Source: Candidatus Woesearchaeota archaeon (lineage in GTDB: Archaea; Nanobdellota; Nanobdellia; SCGC-AAA011-G17; ARS1403). Taken from it: DNA of 36,002 nt. The first letter of the stretch is position 1. Every line of letters begins with the position of its first letter. Under the pieces are notes generated by a model. That model was given only the letters and a program-made list of their open reading frames with translations, did no database searches and had not been told where the DNA came from. The position numbers and the translations under genes are program-made. The DNA is taken from positions 1-36,002 of the forward strand of contig CAYIWL010000003.1 in assembly GCA_964367085.1 (NCBI GenBank). Direction: 5' to 3'. Below are positions 7,273-16,305 of this stretch, in pieces.

Positions 7273-7383
7273 ATGTTTTTCTTCAAAGCTTCCTTAACAT
7301 CATTCAAATGCGCTTGGTTCGATGAGAAAAATTACTTTGAATTCTTCCCCCTGCACATTGTTTATCAAAAGGCAGCTATTTAA
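7273..7383 (+). pseudogene. Remnant carrying the C-terminus of a paralog of the 141-1229 nuclease
   Basis: FKCAWFDEKNYFEFFPLHIVY (from 7303) vs FKCAWFDERNYYEFFPLHVVY (from 1110): 18/21 identical. Confidence 0.85.
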
Positions 7384-7459
7384 CCCATCGCCAAAGCAAA
7401 AAGTTTAAATAAATAAAAGATATACATTAGTATACTAAATAAATACAATTGTATATAAA

Positions 7460-7723
7460 ATGCATACACTAAAAAATCTGCTAAAATCAAGCACAAGAAT
7501 TAAGATCTTGAACCTATTATTATTTTCAGATAGGCAATATCATCTAAGGGATATCTCAAGAAAAATAAAGAAAACACCGATATATGTTTCAAAAGAACTT
7601 GAAAATCTGAAAAAGATAAACCTAATAAAAAAAGATAGAATGGCTAACCTAACTCTCTATTCTATTAACAACAAGAGTAAAATCATAAGCGAACTAAGGA
7701 GTATATTTAAGAAATGCAAATAG
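7460..7723 (+). CDS. Stand-alone winged-HTH (ArsR-like) regulator
   Basis: STRIKILNLL...YHLRDISRKI...VSKELENL; palindrome ATACAATTGTAT at 7443-7454. Confidence 0.8.
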   Translation: MHTLKNLLKSSTRIKILNLLLFSDRQYHLRDISRKIKKTPIYVSKELENLKKINLIKKDRMANLTLYSINNKSKIISELRSIFKKCK

Positions 7724-9315
7724 AAAAAATCAAAGTAGGAATCTATGCATTGGTCATACTAATTATAGTTCAATCCTCATCTGCTTTCAATGGTACGGGC
7801 TCGTCTGGAGAGGAAACAAGATTCGCTCTAGGATATATAACAATAAACGCAACTGACGGGGATTCAAAAATGCAAGGATTTGGAGGGATAATTTCATACG
7901 TCCTTGCAGCTGAAGAAAGCTTCAAAGGGTGGCTATTGCAACTAGATTATAACTTCTTTGCTCCTGAACCAGTTGACTTAAACTCTCCTTTAAACAATTC
8001 ATACTTCAATTTCACTACTGATTTTGACTGGAGCAACACAACAGACACAGAAAGATTTGAAGTTTCATACTTATTTGAAATATGGAATGATACAGCGGCA
8101 ACAAGCACACATTTTGTAAATTATTCAATAACAGAGACAGCAAACACGACACAGACAACGCCTACGATAAACGGGGAAGGAGCATTTTATTGGAGGGTAG
8201 CAGCAAATGATTCAAGTAAAAACTCTTCATTCTCAGAGTTAAGAGTAATAACTATAGACACAACTCTCCCAGCAGCTTTCAATATAACTTCGCCGACAGA
8301 TGCCTCATCATCAACAGACACAACTCCGATATTGCAATGGGATGCTTCAACAGATACAAATTTAGATAATTATACCATTGAATTATCAACAGGAGCGGAT
8401 TTCTCGACGATAAGCCAGACAGAGGTTTCAAAAACAAATTCACTAGAAAACTGGTCTGCGCCGCTGGCTGTTAATACTTATTATTGGAGAATAAGCGCAG
8501 TGGACAAGGCAAACAACCAAAGGATGAGTGATAATAATCAGTCGTTCTCGGTTAAGGCCTCGCAGACAACGACAGTAACATCATCAGGAGCAGGAGGAAC
8601 ATCAGGGGGAGGAACAAAGCCATTCACATTGAACATACTTGCGCCAGAGGGGATTATATTAACAGCAAATGACGTAATCAAAGTTCCACTATTAGTAATA
8701 AATCCATCATCATTAAGAGTCAGAGGGATAAACCTAGCAGTCCGTTCAGACGAATCAAGTATAGCAGTTGAGCTTGACAGGACGTCAATCTCAGAAATTA
8801 ATCCAGGAACACAGGAAAAATTAACTCTAACAATAAACACTGGAGATCTGGCAATAGGTTCGTATGGAATTACAATTGACGCATCAGTTGAAACTCCTGT
8901 TTTCTCTGACTCGACGAGGATATTTGCAAATTTATTAGAAAGAAGTGAAGGAGAAGCAGAAGTGCTTGACAAAGTAGATTTCGCAAAGCAGCTCTTCCAA
9001 GGAAATCCTGAATGTCTTGATCTTTCAGAGTATATTGAGGAAGCAGAAGCAGCCCTCCAAGAAGGTAATTCGGCGACAGCACTGAGCTTGGCAGAGAATG
9101 CAATTGATGCATGCAATAAATTAATCGAGCAAAGATCGCAATTTGCGTCGTCGATAACAGCAGCAGCAACATTCATAGACCGGGCAAAAGAGCAGCTAAT
9201 GTCAAAAACACTTATAATTGTAGCATCAGAAATAATCGGATTGATTATAATCTTAGTAGCAGTCTACAAATACAGAAAATCAAAAAGGAAAAAATTAGTA
9301 AAGCCACATTCTTAA
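7714..9315 (+). CDS. Membrane-anchored surface glycoprotein with two FN3/Ig-like domains, a Gly/Thr linker and a CARDB-like domain
   Basis: Signal peptide; repeated YYWR(V/I)xAxD; many NxS/T sequons; C-terminal TM plus basic tail. Confidence 0.8.
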   Translation: MQIEKIKVGIYALVILIIVQSSSAFNGTGSSGEETRFALGYITINATDGDSKMQGFGGIISYVLAAEESFKGWLLQLDYNFFAPEPVDLNSPLNNSYFNFTTDFDWSNTTDTERFEVSYLFEIWNDTAATSTHFVNYSITETANTTQTTPTINGEGAFYWRVAANDSSKNSSFSELRVITIDTTLPAAFNITSPTDASSSTDTTPILQWDASTDTNLDNYTIELSTGADFSTISQTEVSKTNSLENWSAPLAVNTYYWRISAVDKANNQRMSDNNQSFSVKASQTTTVTSSGAGGTSGGGTKPFTLNILAPEGIILTANDVIKVPLLVINPSSLRVRGINLAVRSDESSIAVELDRTSISEINPGTQEKLTLTINTGDLAIGSYGITIDASVETPVFSDSTRIFANLLERSEGEAEVLDKVDFAKQLFQGNPECLDLSEYIEEAEAALQEGNSATALSLAENAIDACNKLIEQRSQFASSITAAATFIDRAKEQLMSKTLIIVASEIIGLIIILVAVYKYRKSKRKKLVKPHS

Positions 9316-9774
9316 AATTCTCGGCCCATATTTTCCATCATTCAGGCTAGAGCTAATAATCACGGCAGAAGTATAAACCTCTCCGCCGCTAATGGTAGGC
9401 AAAGTGCAGCTTCCAGGATCGCTAGGAGAGCAGATAGTAAAGGCATATTTCTCTCGATATCTTGGGGGCAAAGAGCCTTCAATGTAGCAGTCAACTTCTT
9501 TAGCACAAAGAGAGGGTTCTTGGGGTTGATTAATACAATTACTTACTTCTTGTTCCGCAATTTGATTAAATCCATTTATATCACTGCTCACAATGCATTC
9601 CCTAAACTCATCATTCTTGCTTATCTCATCCAAGATGCTTTCCTGCAAACTCCTTATTCCTTGCACAAATCTCTCATCTCCATCCTTGCTCTTTCCAGCA
9701 TAAAAAATAAATAAGAACACGATTATTATTGCCAGGACTGCTTCCAGAGTTCTGATAAACCCTCTTTTATTCAT
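9295..9774 (-). CDS. Prepilin-like protein (class III signal peptide)
   Basis: MNKRG/FIRTLEAVLAIIIVFLFIF; start moved to 9774. Confidence 0.8.
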   Translation of the reverse strand: MNKRGFIRTLEAVLAIIIVFLFIFYAGKSKDGDERFVQGIRSLQESILDEISKNDEFRECIVSSDINGFNQIAEQEVSNCINQPQEPSLCAKEVDCYIEGSLPPRYREKYAFTICSPSDPGSCTLPTISGGEVYTSAVIISSSLNDGKYGPRILRMWLY

Positions 9775-9809
9775 AAATAAAATAAAACAGATAGAGTATA
9801 TAAATTTAA

Positions 9810-9953
9810 TCAAGCATTAATCAGCAAGAAGAAAGCAATGCCAATAATTATAATTGCTATAGACACAGTAGTATTTTTTTTAAATACACTAATGATTAAA
9901 GCAATGCTGAGCAAGGTCGCTCCGATTATTTTAGCCAAAAAGATATCTGTCAT
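9810..9953 (-). CDS. 47-aa two-TM membrane peptide
   Basis: MTDIFLAKIIGATLLSIALIISVFKKNTTVSIAIIIIGIAFFLLINA*. Confidence 0.6.
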   Translation of the reverse strand: MTDIFLAKIIGATLLSIALIISVFKKNTTVSIAIIIIGIAFFLLINA

Positions 9954-9954
9954 T

Positions 9955-10107
9955 TTAATTTCCTATTGCCAGCAGCACACCCCCAAGCCCTATAAGAACA
10001 GCACCTAAAACTTTAAAGTCAAAAGCCGTCAAATAAAATCCAATCGCTCCTAGAGTAGCCCCGATTAATTTCACAGAAGAAAGATTTATTTTTCCTATCC
10101 TGCTCAT
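9955..10107 (-). CDS. 50-aa Gly-rich two-TM membrane peptide
   Basis: MSRIGKINLSSVKLIGATLGAIGFYLTAFDFKVLGAVLIGLGGVLLAIGN*; TATA about 25 nt upstream. Confidence 0.6.
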   Translation of the reverse strand: MSRIGKINLSSVKLIGATLGAIGFYLTAFDFKVLGAVLIGLGGVLLAIGN

Positions 10108-10154
10108 GCAGATTAAATTAAAGATTATTTATATAAGCTTTTCTGAAATTTAAC

Positions 10155-10916
10155 TCACCAAACTTGGATATTCAGAATTACCTGTTCTAGACTTCCGTCT
10201 TTATCCAGGATTGCATCTCCTAAATTCACTCCGTAAACAGTTATGTCGGCAGGCGGTATCGTCTGGTCGCATTCATTTTTACTTAGCTTCCCAATTCTTC
10301 CTTTTACAAAGCAATAATTATTTTTCAGTTCACCATCACTATTTAATACGCTTATCTTAAACTGCCTGAACATCGGAAATTTATCTTCGAGCTTGCTAAT
10401 TTCCAATTCATCCAGTTTTCTTTCGCTGATGCCTTTAAACACAATCGGGTTACCTGCACCGATACCAAATTCTGGAGGATTTTCGCATTTCATTTCAGGA
10501 GTTACATCCCCTGGATCTGCAGGATCGGAATATCCCTCAATCTCGTTGTAAAAAACCCAAAAATTATCATCCTTATTAAATAATTTTATCTTCAACGCTC
10601 CAGAATACGCAGCAGGGTTTCCAGTTTCGGCATTAACAACTTTAAACTTGCTGGTTATATCGGGAATGTATTCATTCAGATTAAGATCATAAACCCCGCC
10701 GTTGTCGCAACTAAAGCTGAGCAAAACTTTATTCACACTCCATTCCACCTCATTGTGAAAACTTTCTTTGGCAAGATTAACAAGGACATCACCTTCAAAA
10801 CTCGGTTTATAATTTGGTTTTATGAAAGCGAGCAAGATTATTAAATAAGTCAAAAATATAGCAATGCTTACAACCCAGTCAATGTGCACATTTCCTCTTT
10901 TATTTTTGATTTTCAT
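10155..10916 (-). CDS. Prepilin-like protein (class III signal peptide)
   Basis: NKRG/NVHIDWVVSIAIFLTYLIILL. Confidence 0.75.
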   Translation of the reverse strand: MKIKNKRGNVHIDWVVSIAIFLTYLIILLAFIKPNYKPSFEGDVLVNLAKESFHNEVEWSVNKVLLSFSCDNGGVYDLNLNEYIPDITSKFKVVNAETGNPAAYSGALKIKLFNKDDNFWVFYNEIEGYSDPADPGDVTPEMKCENPPEFGIGAGNPIVFKGISERKLDELEISKLEDKFPMFRQFKISVLNSDGELKNNYCFVKGRIGKLSKNECDQTIPPADITVYGVNLGDAILDKDGSLEQVILNIQVW

Positions 10917-10921
10917 TTTAT

Positions 10922-11782
10922 TTACGGCGGCGCAACAGTTAATATCAAGAGCAGTGCAATCACAACCAATGCAAAGCTATGTTTTATCCCATATTTAATT
11001 TTTCCCTCTGAAAATTTCCCAATTAGCAGTCCGGCAAAAACTCCTTGGATAACAATCAAACTCATAAAGATCCTTTTAAAATTCAACTCACTCCCTGCAG
11101 TAGTTTCTCCAGCCTCGAAAAACCCTCCTCCACTAACCCCTCCAGTAAGTCCTTTAAGCATGTCTTGTATCATAGGCATTAGTTTAACTTCCAACATCAG
11201 CATCACTCCGATGAAAATGAAAAATACAATATATCCCTGCACAACTTGGGAATAGGTACTGCTTTTCCTTTCATCTTTCAATCGCTCAATGCTAACAACG
11301 CTGTCAGCCACGCTTTCAAGGATGTCGTCCATTCTTCCCCCACTTTCTTCAGCTTGTATGATTATCGCAACACTTCTACTTATCACTTTGTTATCTGTCT
11401 CTCTTGCAAATATCCTCAATCCTTCTTTTACAGGAATACCCCATTCAATTTGAAACGCAAGTTTTTTTACATAATTAGACAAAGCACCAAAGTCTTTATC
11501 CTTCAGATTCAATATGCTCTGCGGTATTGGTATTCCAGACTTAACTCCCTCGACAAGAGCCCGAATAAATTCCAAAAACTCAGTCTCAACTTCTTTCTGC
11601 CTCTTATTTTCTTTCAAGTACAAAAGATACGTCGGTAATCCGCCAAGCACAAAACTCAAAAGCAATAAGCTCCAGAACCATCTAGTATTAAAGAATAAAG
11701 CGAAATCAATGCTAGTTAAAAATAAGAATACAATAATCCCAATATAAAATTCTTTTCTCATTTTATATATCCGGCTGGACAA
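10922..11782 (-). CDS. Type II secretion system F family (TadB/TadC/ArlJ-like) platform protein
   Basis: FIRALVEGVKSGIP...IQAEESGG; multiple TM helices. Confidence 0.9.
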   Translation of the reverse strand: MSSRIYKMRKEFYIGIIVFLFLTSIDFALFFNTRWFWSLLLLSFVLGGLPTYLLYLKENKRQKEVETEFLEFIRALVEGVKSGIPIPQSILNLKDKDFGALSNYVKKLAFQIEWGIPVKEGLRIFARETDNKVISRSVAIIIQAEESGGRMDDILESVADSVVSIERLKDERKSSTYSQVVQGYIVFFIFIGVMLMLEVKLMPMIQDMLKGLTGGVSGGGFFEAGETTAGSELNFKRIFMSLIVIQGVFAGLLIGKFSEGKIKYGIKHSFALVVIALLLILTVAPP

Positions 11783-13022
11783 TGTTCATGAACATTATGA
11801 ATCCAATATTCAATGCAGGAACAACAATAAACGTTCCAATTTTCTCAATGAATCCTATGTCCAATCCTCCTAATTTGCTTCCTACTATCGAAATCAAAAC
11901 CAAGACGATGACAAACAATAGAGGTGCAGCAATTAAAATCGCAGTATAGATATCTGTATACGTGCTTAAAGTCTCGACATATTTTTTCCGGTCAGACCTA
12001 TATCTTATCAAAGTGTCTTCAGCCTTGTTCTTCAAAAAACTCTTTATGCTCCCCCCGCTCTCAATGCTGCTAACCATCCCGTTCAAAACATCTCTAAATT
12101 CGCTACTAGGAGTTGTTTCAGCGACGGATTTCAGTGCAGTAGTAAGATTATATCCAAATAGATGCACATAATTCATTATCCTCTTTATCTCGCCAGATAG
12201 GGCCTTATAGTCTTCGCTTTGTAGCAACATTCCGAATATGTCAATTAACCTTGCACCGCTTCCGGCAACAGCAGCCATGTGTATTAACGCAAAGGGTAAG
12301 TCATTTTTTATCTCCCTTCTTCTGCTATCAACGATGACTTTAGGATAATAGTAAAAAATAAATGCCAAAACAAAGAAGAATAGTATTGCAAGCATCAAGC
12401 TCTTAAAAACATCAAGCACCCCAATTCCAAAAATAAAGAATCCTGAAAAAAGAGCTAGGATAAATCCAGCACAGCTCCCCATGATCCCGAGGTTGATGTA
12501 GGTATTAGAAAAGACTCTTATGTTCGCCATCCTCAAGTTCTTATAAAGTGCTTCAAAGTATTCAGGATATTTTCTTGAAAGGTCTTTGCTGAAGTTATCA
12601 AATATTAAATTGGCATATTTCCCGAACAAGTTATAGGAATAAGTGCTGTAATTTGCTTTCTCCCCTGTTACCTTTCCTTTCTTGAAAAGTTTTGCAAAGT
12701 TTTTAGCTTTTTTAGCGTCAATTTTAGTTTCATTAGCTTTCTGTTCAACTTCAAATAACTTGCTTATTTCTTGATTAATTTCCTTCAGGTTTTCAATCAG
12801 ACTAATTATTTTTTTAACGCCTTTGCTTCCCCTAACGTCCTTGCTCTCAAGTTGTTTCAGTTTTTCTTTATACTCATCTTCATTCACTTTCTCATTTACA
12901 AAACCCTTATTCAGCTTGTTATAATCTTTAAGAACATCTCGATATTCTCTCTTAACTGACTCAATCTCGCTGATTATTTTCTCAGCATCTTCTACTTTCT
13001 TCTGGATTTGATCAGATAACAT
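11763..13022 (-). CDS. Type II secretion system F family platform protein with N-terminal coiled coil
   Basis: DLPFALIHMAAVAGSG...ETTPS...SIESGG. Confidence 0.9.
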   Translation of the reverse strand: MLSDQIQKKVEDAEKIISEIESVKREYRDVLKDYNKLNKGFVNEKVNEDEYKEKLKQLESKDVRGSKGVKKIISLIENLKEINQEISKLFEVEQKANETKIDAKKAKNFAKLFKKGKVTGEKANYSTYSYNLFGKYANLIFDNFSKDLSRKYPEYFEALYKNLRMANIRVFSNTYINLGIMGSCAGFILALFSGFFIFGIGVLDVFKSLMLAILFFFVLAFIFYYYPKVIVDSRRREIKNDLPFALIHMAAVAGSGARLIDIFGMLLQSEDYKALSGEIKRIMNYVHLFGYNLTTALKSVAETTPSSEFRDVLNGMVSSIESGGSIKSFLKNKAEDTLIRYRSDRKKYVETLSTYTDIYTAILIAAPLLFVIVLVLISIVGSKLGGLDIGFIEKIGTFIVVPALNIGFIMFMNIVQPDI

Positions 13023-13287
13023 CTCTCAGCTCGTCATTCAGGATTAGACTATTTTTCTTGCACAGTTCCATTATTCTTTCTCTAACTTTTGCCAACCCAT
13101 TATCGACATCATTCAATTTCTTATTATACTCTGAAAAAACATCTCTTTCAATTTTAGCTTCTCGGTATTTTGCTTTCAGATTTCGTATATCAAGCTCAAT
13201 CTCATTTTTCCGGTTCATCAATAATTCATACTCAGCACCTATTTCTTTGATTTTCGCAAGATTTTTTTTAAAGTCGTCAAGGCTCAT
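13012..13287 (-). CDS. Small coiled-coil protein in the pilus operon
   Basis: Overlaps both neighbours; heptad pattern. Confidence 0.7.
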   Translation of the reverse strand: MSLDDFKKNLAKIKEIGAEYELLMNRKNEIELDIRNLKAKYREAKIERDVFSEYNKKLNDVDNGLAKVRERIMELCKKNSLILNDELRDVI

Positions 13288-14879
13288 AGCAGAAACCTCT
13301 TCAGAACAGCATCTTTGTTTTTATAGTACTCATTGATTACTTTCTGCACTTCCTCAAACTCGACTACGTTTTTCTTGTAAAGCGCATTCAGAAGATTTCT
13401 CCTCAATTCAAATTCTTTCTGCAATTCTTCTATGCTCACGCCTTTTTTAGATACGATTTTTTTGAACACAAAACTGTCTTTTTTAAACTGAAAAATATCC
13501 CTCCTGGCATCCCACTGGAATGGAACATTTATTTCAGCATCTCCTTTTTCATCTACTCGGATAATTTCCTGCACAGCTCTAAGTTTCCTAGCATCTTTCC
13601 CTTTTATCTTAGCATGTGTTACAATACAGACAACATCAAGTATCTCAACTAAGCTCGGGCTCAAATTTATTGGAGCAGTTTCTAGTCTTTTAATCACAGT
13701 TTTAACGTCATCAGCATGCATTGTAGAAATCCCAGCATGTCCGCTGGCCATTCCCTGAAATAAAACATTTGCTTCCTGTCCTCGGATTTCCCCGACGATA
13801 ACGTAATCAGGGCGCTGTCTAAAGCTCGCTCTCAACAAATCAAATAGAGTTATTTCTCCAGTATTCTCGCCACCAACACCAGTACCGGCTCTTGCAACAC
13901 TAGGAAGCCAATTCTCATGAATCAATCTCAATTCTTTCGTGTCCTCAATGGAAACAATTCTTGCCTCTGGCCTGATAAAAGAAGCAATGCAATTAACAAT
14001 AGTGGTTTTACCGCTTCCAGTTCCTCCTACAATTAATATGTTAGTCCCGTGCTCGACGATGATCCATAAATATGCAAGCATCTCAGCAGAAACAGTTCCA
14101 ATGCTCATTAATTTTACAGGACTCCATGCCTCTCTAGTGAACATTCTTATTGAAAATGTGGGACCGCGGGAAGTAACATCCTCAGTATAAGTTGCATTCA
14201 CCCTCGCTCCAGAATCAGCCAATCTTCCATCCATAATGGGGTTTGCATAGCTTATGTATTTCCCACATTTCTGTGCCAGTTTCTCGACGAAACCAGTAAT
14301 CTCGTCAAAGTCATCATAAACAATGTTTGTTTTTATGCTCCCAAATTTTCTATGCACAATGTATACGGGAGTTTTAATCCCATTGCATTCGATATCTTCT
14401 ATATAGAAATCATTCATCAAGGATTCAATCTTATTTAACCCTATAAAATCCCTATAAATATAATACATCAACTTCAGATAGGAATTCCGATTAATTCCAA
14501 TCCCAAGCTCTTTCAAAAGCACCCTGACATTTTTTTCAAGATACTCAATCAACACTTCCTTATCGTCGACATTGATGAAGCTTATATCAATAAGTTCCTG
14601 CACACCCTGTTCAAGTGTATTCAAAATCTCTTTTTCTCTAACGTCAAGATTTGGCTCTTCAATACTATAGATTATTTCTCCATGAACTTCATCCCAGTAT
14701 AAATGCGCATATGCATAAGGCAATATCAATCCATATCTCAAATCAAGTTTAGTTTCATCTTTAACTTCAGGAAGCTCAGGTTTTTTGGCATTAAAATCTA
14801 CCTTGAACAGCTGCTCATCTTTTTTAGCTTCCTCTTTTTCAGGATCTTTTTTTTTAAATAGAGAATCTAGTTTCAACAA
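13284..14879 (-). CDS. Type II/IV secretion ATPase (ArlI/TadA/VirB11-like)
   Basis: Walker A GGTGSGKTT; SIEDTKEL; RQRPDYVIVGEIRG; GH...STMHA. Confidence 0.95.
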   Translation of the reverse strand: MLKLDSLFKKKDPEKEEAKKDEQLFKVDFNAKKPELPEVKDETKLDLRYGLILPYAYAHLYWDEVHGEIIYSIEEPNLDVREKEILNTLEQGVQELIDISFINVDDKEVLIEYLEKNVRVLLKELGIGINRNSYLKLMYYIYRDFIGLNKIESLMNDFYIEDIECNGIKTPVYIVHRKFGSIKTNIVYDDFDEITGFVEKLAQKCGKYISYANPIMDGRLADSGARVNATYTEDVTSRGPTFSIRMFTREAWSPVKLMSIGTVSAEMLAYLWIIVEHGTNILIVGGTGSGKTTIVNCIASFIRPEARIVSIEDTKELRLIHENWLPSVARAGTGVGGENTGEITLFDLLRASFRQRPDYVIVGEIRGQEANVLFQGMASGHAGISTMHADDVKTVIKRLETAPINLSPSLVEILDVVCIVTHAKIKGKDARKLRAVQEIIRVDEKGDAEINVPFQWDARRDIFQFKKDSFVFKKIVSKKGVSIEELQKEFELRRNLLNALYKKNVVEFEEVQKVINEYYKNKDAVLKRFLL

Positions 14880-14926
14880 TATATCACCTCACAATACAAA
14901 ATACAAAGCCCGAATATAAACCTTAC

Positions 14927-15445
14927 TCATCCGCTAGTTTTTATTTCGACATAGTCGGCATCAGTATAAGTGTGTTCAATTCTCAGATTATACTTGCCGC
15001 TCAGCAGTTTAAAATCGCTTTTAAGATTGATTTCATCTTTGTAATCCAGATAAAGCTCTATCTCATATCCCTGCCCAAGGCTCTTAGACTTAATTTTTAA
15101 GCTCCCCTCCTCAATAGGATTAGGTAAATCCGGTTCTATTCCCAATTTCTCCTCACTAACTATCTTCCAACTTATCCGGTCATTAACTTCATCTATTAGA
15201 AAATCTCCTTCTCCAATTTCAACATACAAGGGCCTTCTGCTTCCAAACCCTTCATTGTAAACTGCATGAATCACGCTATCCATCTCGTACATCACATTTT
15301 TCGTCTGTAGCACAGTATTTCTTTCCTTCAATTTATTAACAAAAGGCATTCCAACGCTAAGAATCAAAGTCACCATTATGATTCCAAGAGCAGTATAAAG
15401 TGCAGCTGAAATCCATATATCTCCCTTTTTGTTCATATCCATCAT
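14927..15445 (-). CDS. Type IV pilin-like protein
   Basis: NKKG/DIWISAALYTALGII. Confidence 0.8.
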   Translation of the reverse strand: MMDMNKKGDIWISAALYTALGIIMVTLILSVGMPFVNKLKERNTVLQTKNVMYEMDSVIHAVYNEGFGSRRPLYVEIGEGDFLIDEVNDRISWKIVSEEKLGIEPDLPNPIEEGSLKIKSKSLGQGYEIELYLDYKDEINLKSDFKLLSGKYNLRIEHTYTDADYVEIKTSG

Positions 15446-15476
15446 CTTAATTCAAAATATTTTCTAGTTTAATAAT

Positions 15477-15986
15477 TTATTTCTCCCATGCAATTTTCTT
15501 GCTGTCGCAGTTAACAACCCCACTTTCTATAGCAACTCTCGGAATTATCTCAATCCTTTTCTTCCCATCCCATTTCACAATAGTATCATCACTCCCATCA
15601 GATTTTTTAATTTGATGATTTGAAAAGTCGAAAGACATGGCACTGAAGGATTCTATTTCAGTTTCCTTATTTGAATGATCAACAACGACGTTTTCATCAG
15701 AGATAAAAAATCTTATAATAAATCCCGCTAAGTCAAGGTCATTTCGGTTATTATTTTTTACAATTATTGTCGAAGCTGTTCCAAGTTTTTCTTCCAATTT
15801 AATATTTACATCAGCACACTCAAGCTCCGTCCCAATCTTGCTTTCAGATTGCTCAATCCCTTTTTCAACTAATTTGCTCGACCAATTAATAACAATCAAT
15901 CCAAGCGAAACCACAAAAACAATAAGCAGCACAGTTCCAATTAATGCACTTATCCCTTTGCTATTAATTTTTTTTATCAATGCCAT
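15477..15986 (-). CDS. Archaeal type IV pilin
   Basis: SKG/ISALIGTVLLIVFVV; two Cys. Confidence 0.85.
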   Translation of the reverse strand: MALIKKINSKGISALIGTVLLIVFVVSLGLIVINWSSKLVEKGIEQSESKIGTELECADVNIKLEEKLGTASTIIVKNNNRNDLDLAGFIIRFFISDENVVVDHSNKETEIESFSAMSFDFSNHQIKKSDGSDDTIVKWDGKKRIEIIPRVAIESGVVNCDSKKIAWEK

Positions 15987-15988
15987 TT

Positions 15989-16171
15989 TCATTCTTTAAA
16001 TAATAACAACCTCAAATTTAAAAGCTGGCTTACAAAAACTAATATAAAATAAACGTAAACGTAACTTAGCTCAATCCAGTCTATTCCCCTTATCAAGCTG
16101 AAGGACATCCAGATGATACTTAAGATTAATAATATCAAATCCAACAGGATTATATTTGCTCTTAGCGCCAC
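15989..16171 (-). CDS. 60-aa two-TM membrane protein
   Basis: Highly hydrophobic ORF abutting both neighbours. Confidence 0.55.
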   Translation of the reverse strand: MALRANIILLDLILLILSIIWMSFSLIRGIDWIELSYVYVYFILVFVSQLLNLRLLLFKE

Positions 16172-16279
16172 TCAAATCACTCCTACAAATCTTAAGATTA
16201 AAACTATCATAGCTATAATCCCGATTATACTTGCTACTATTGCTATTATAGAAAATACTTTATCTGATTTTTTCTCCAT
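16172..16279 (-). CDS. 35-aa single-TM peptide
   Basis: MEKKSDKVFSIIAIVASIIGIIAMIVLILRFVGVI*; strong GGAGG upstream. Confidence 0.6.
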   Translation of the reverse strand: MEKKSDKVFSIIAIVASIIGIIAMIVLILRFVGVI

Positions 16280-16305
16280 TTTTTCCTCCTTAGTATTCTT
16301 CTTTT

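Noticed and set aside
8538-9176. 212-aa antisense ORF and the many other shadow ORFs opposite pilus, ligase, ftsZ and kinase genes
   Set aside because: They are fully overlapped by well-supported genes and have no motifs.
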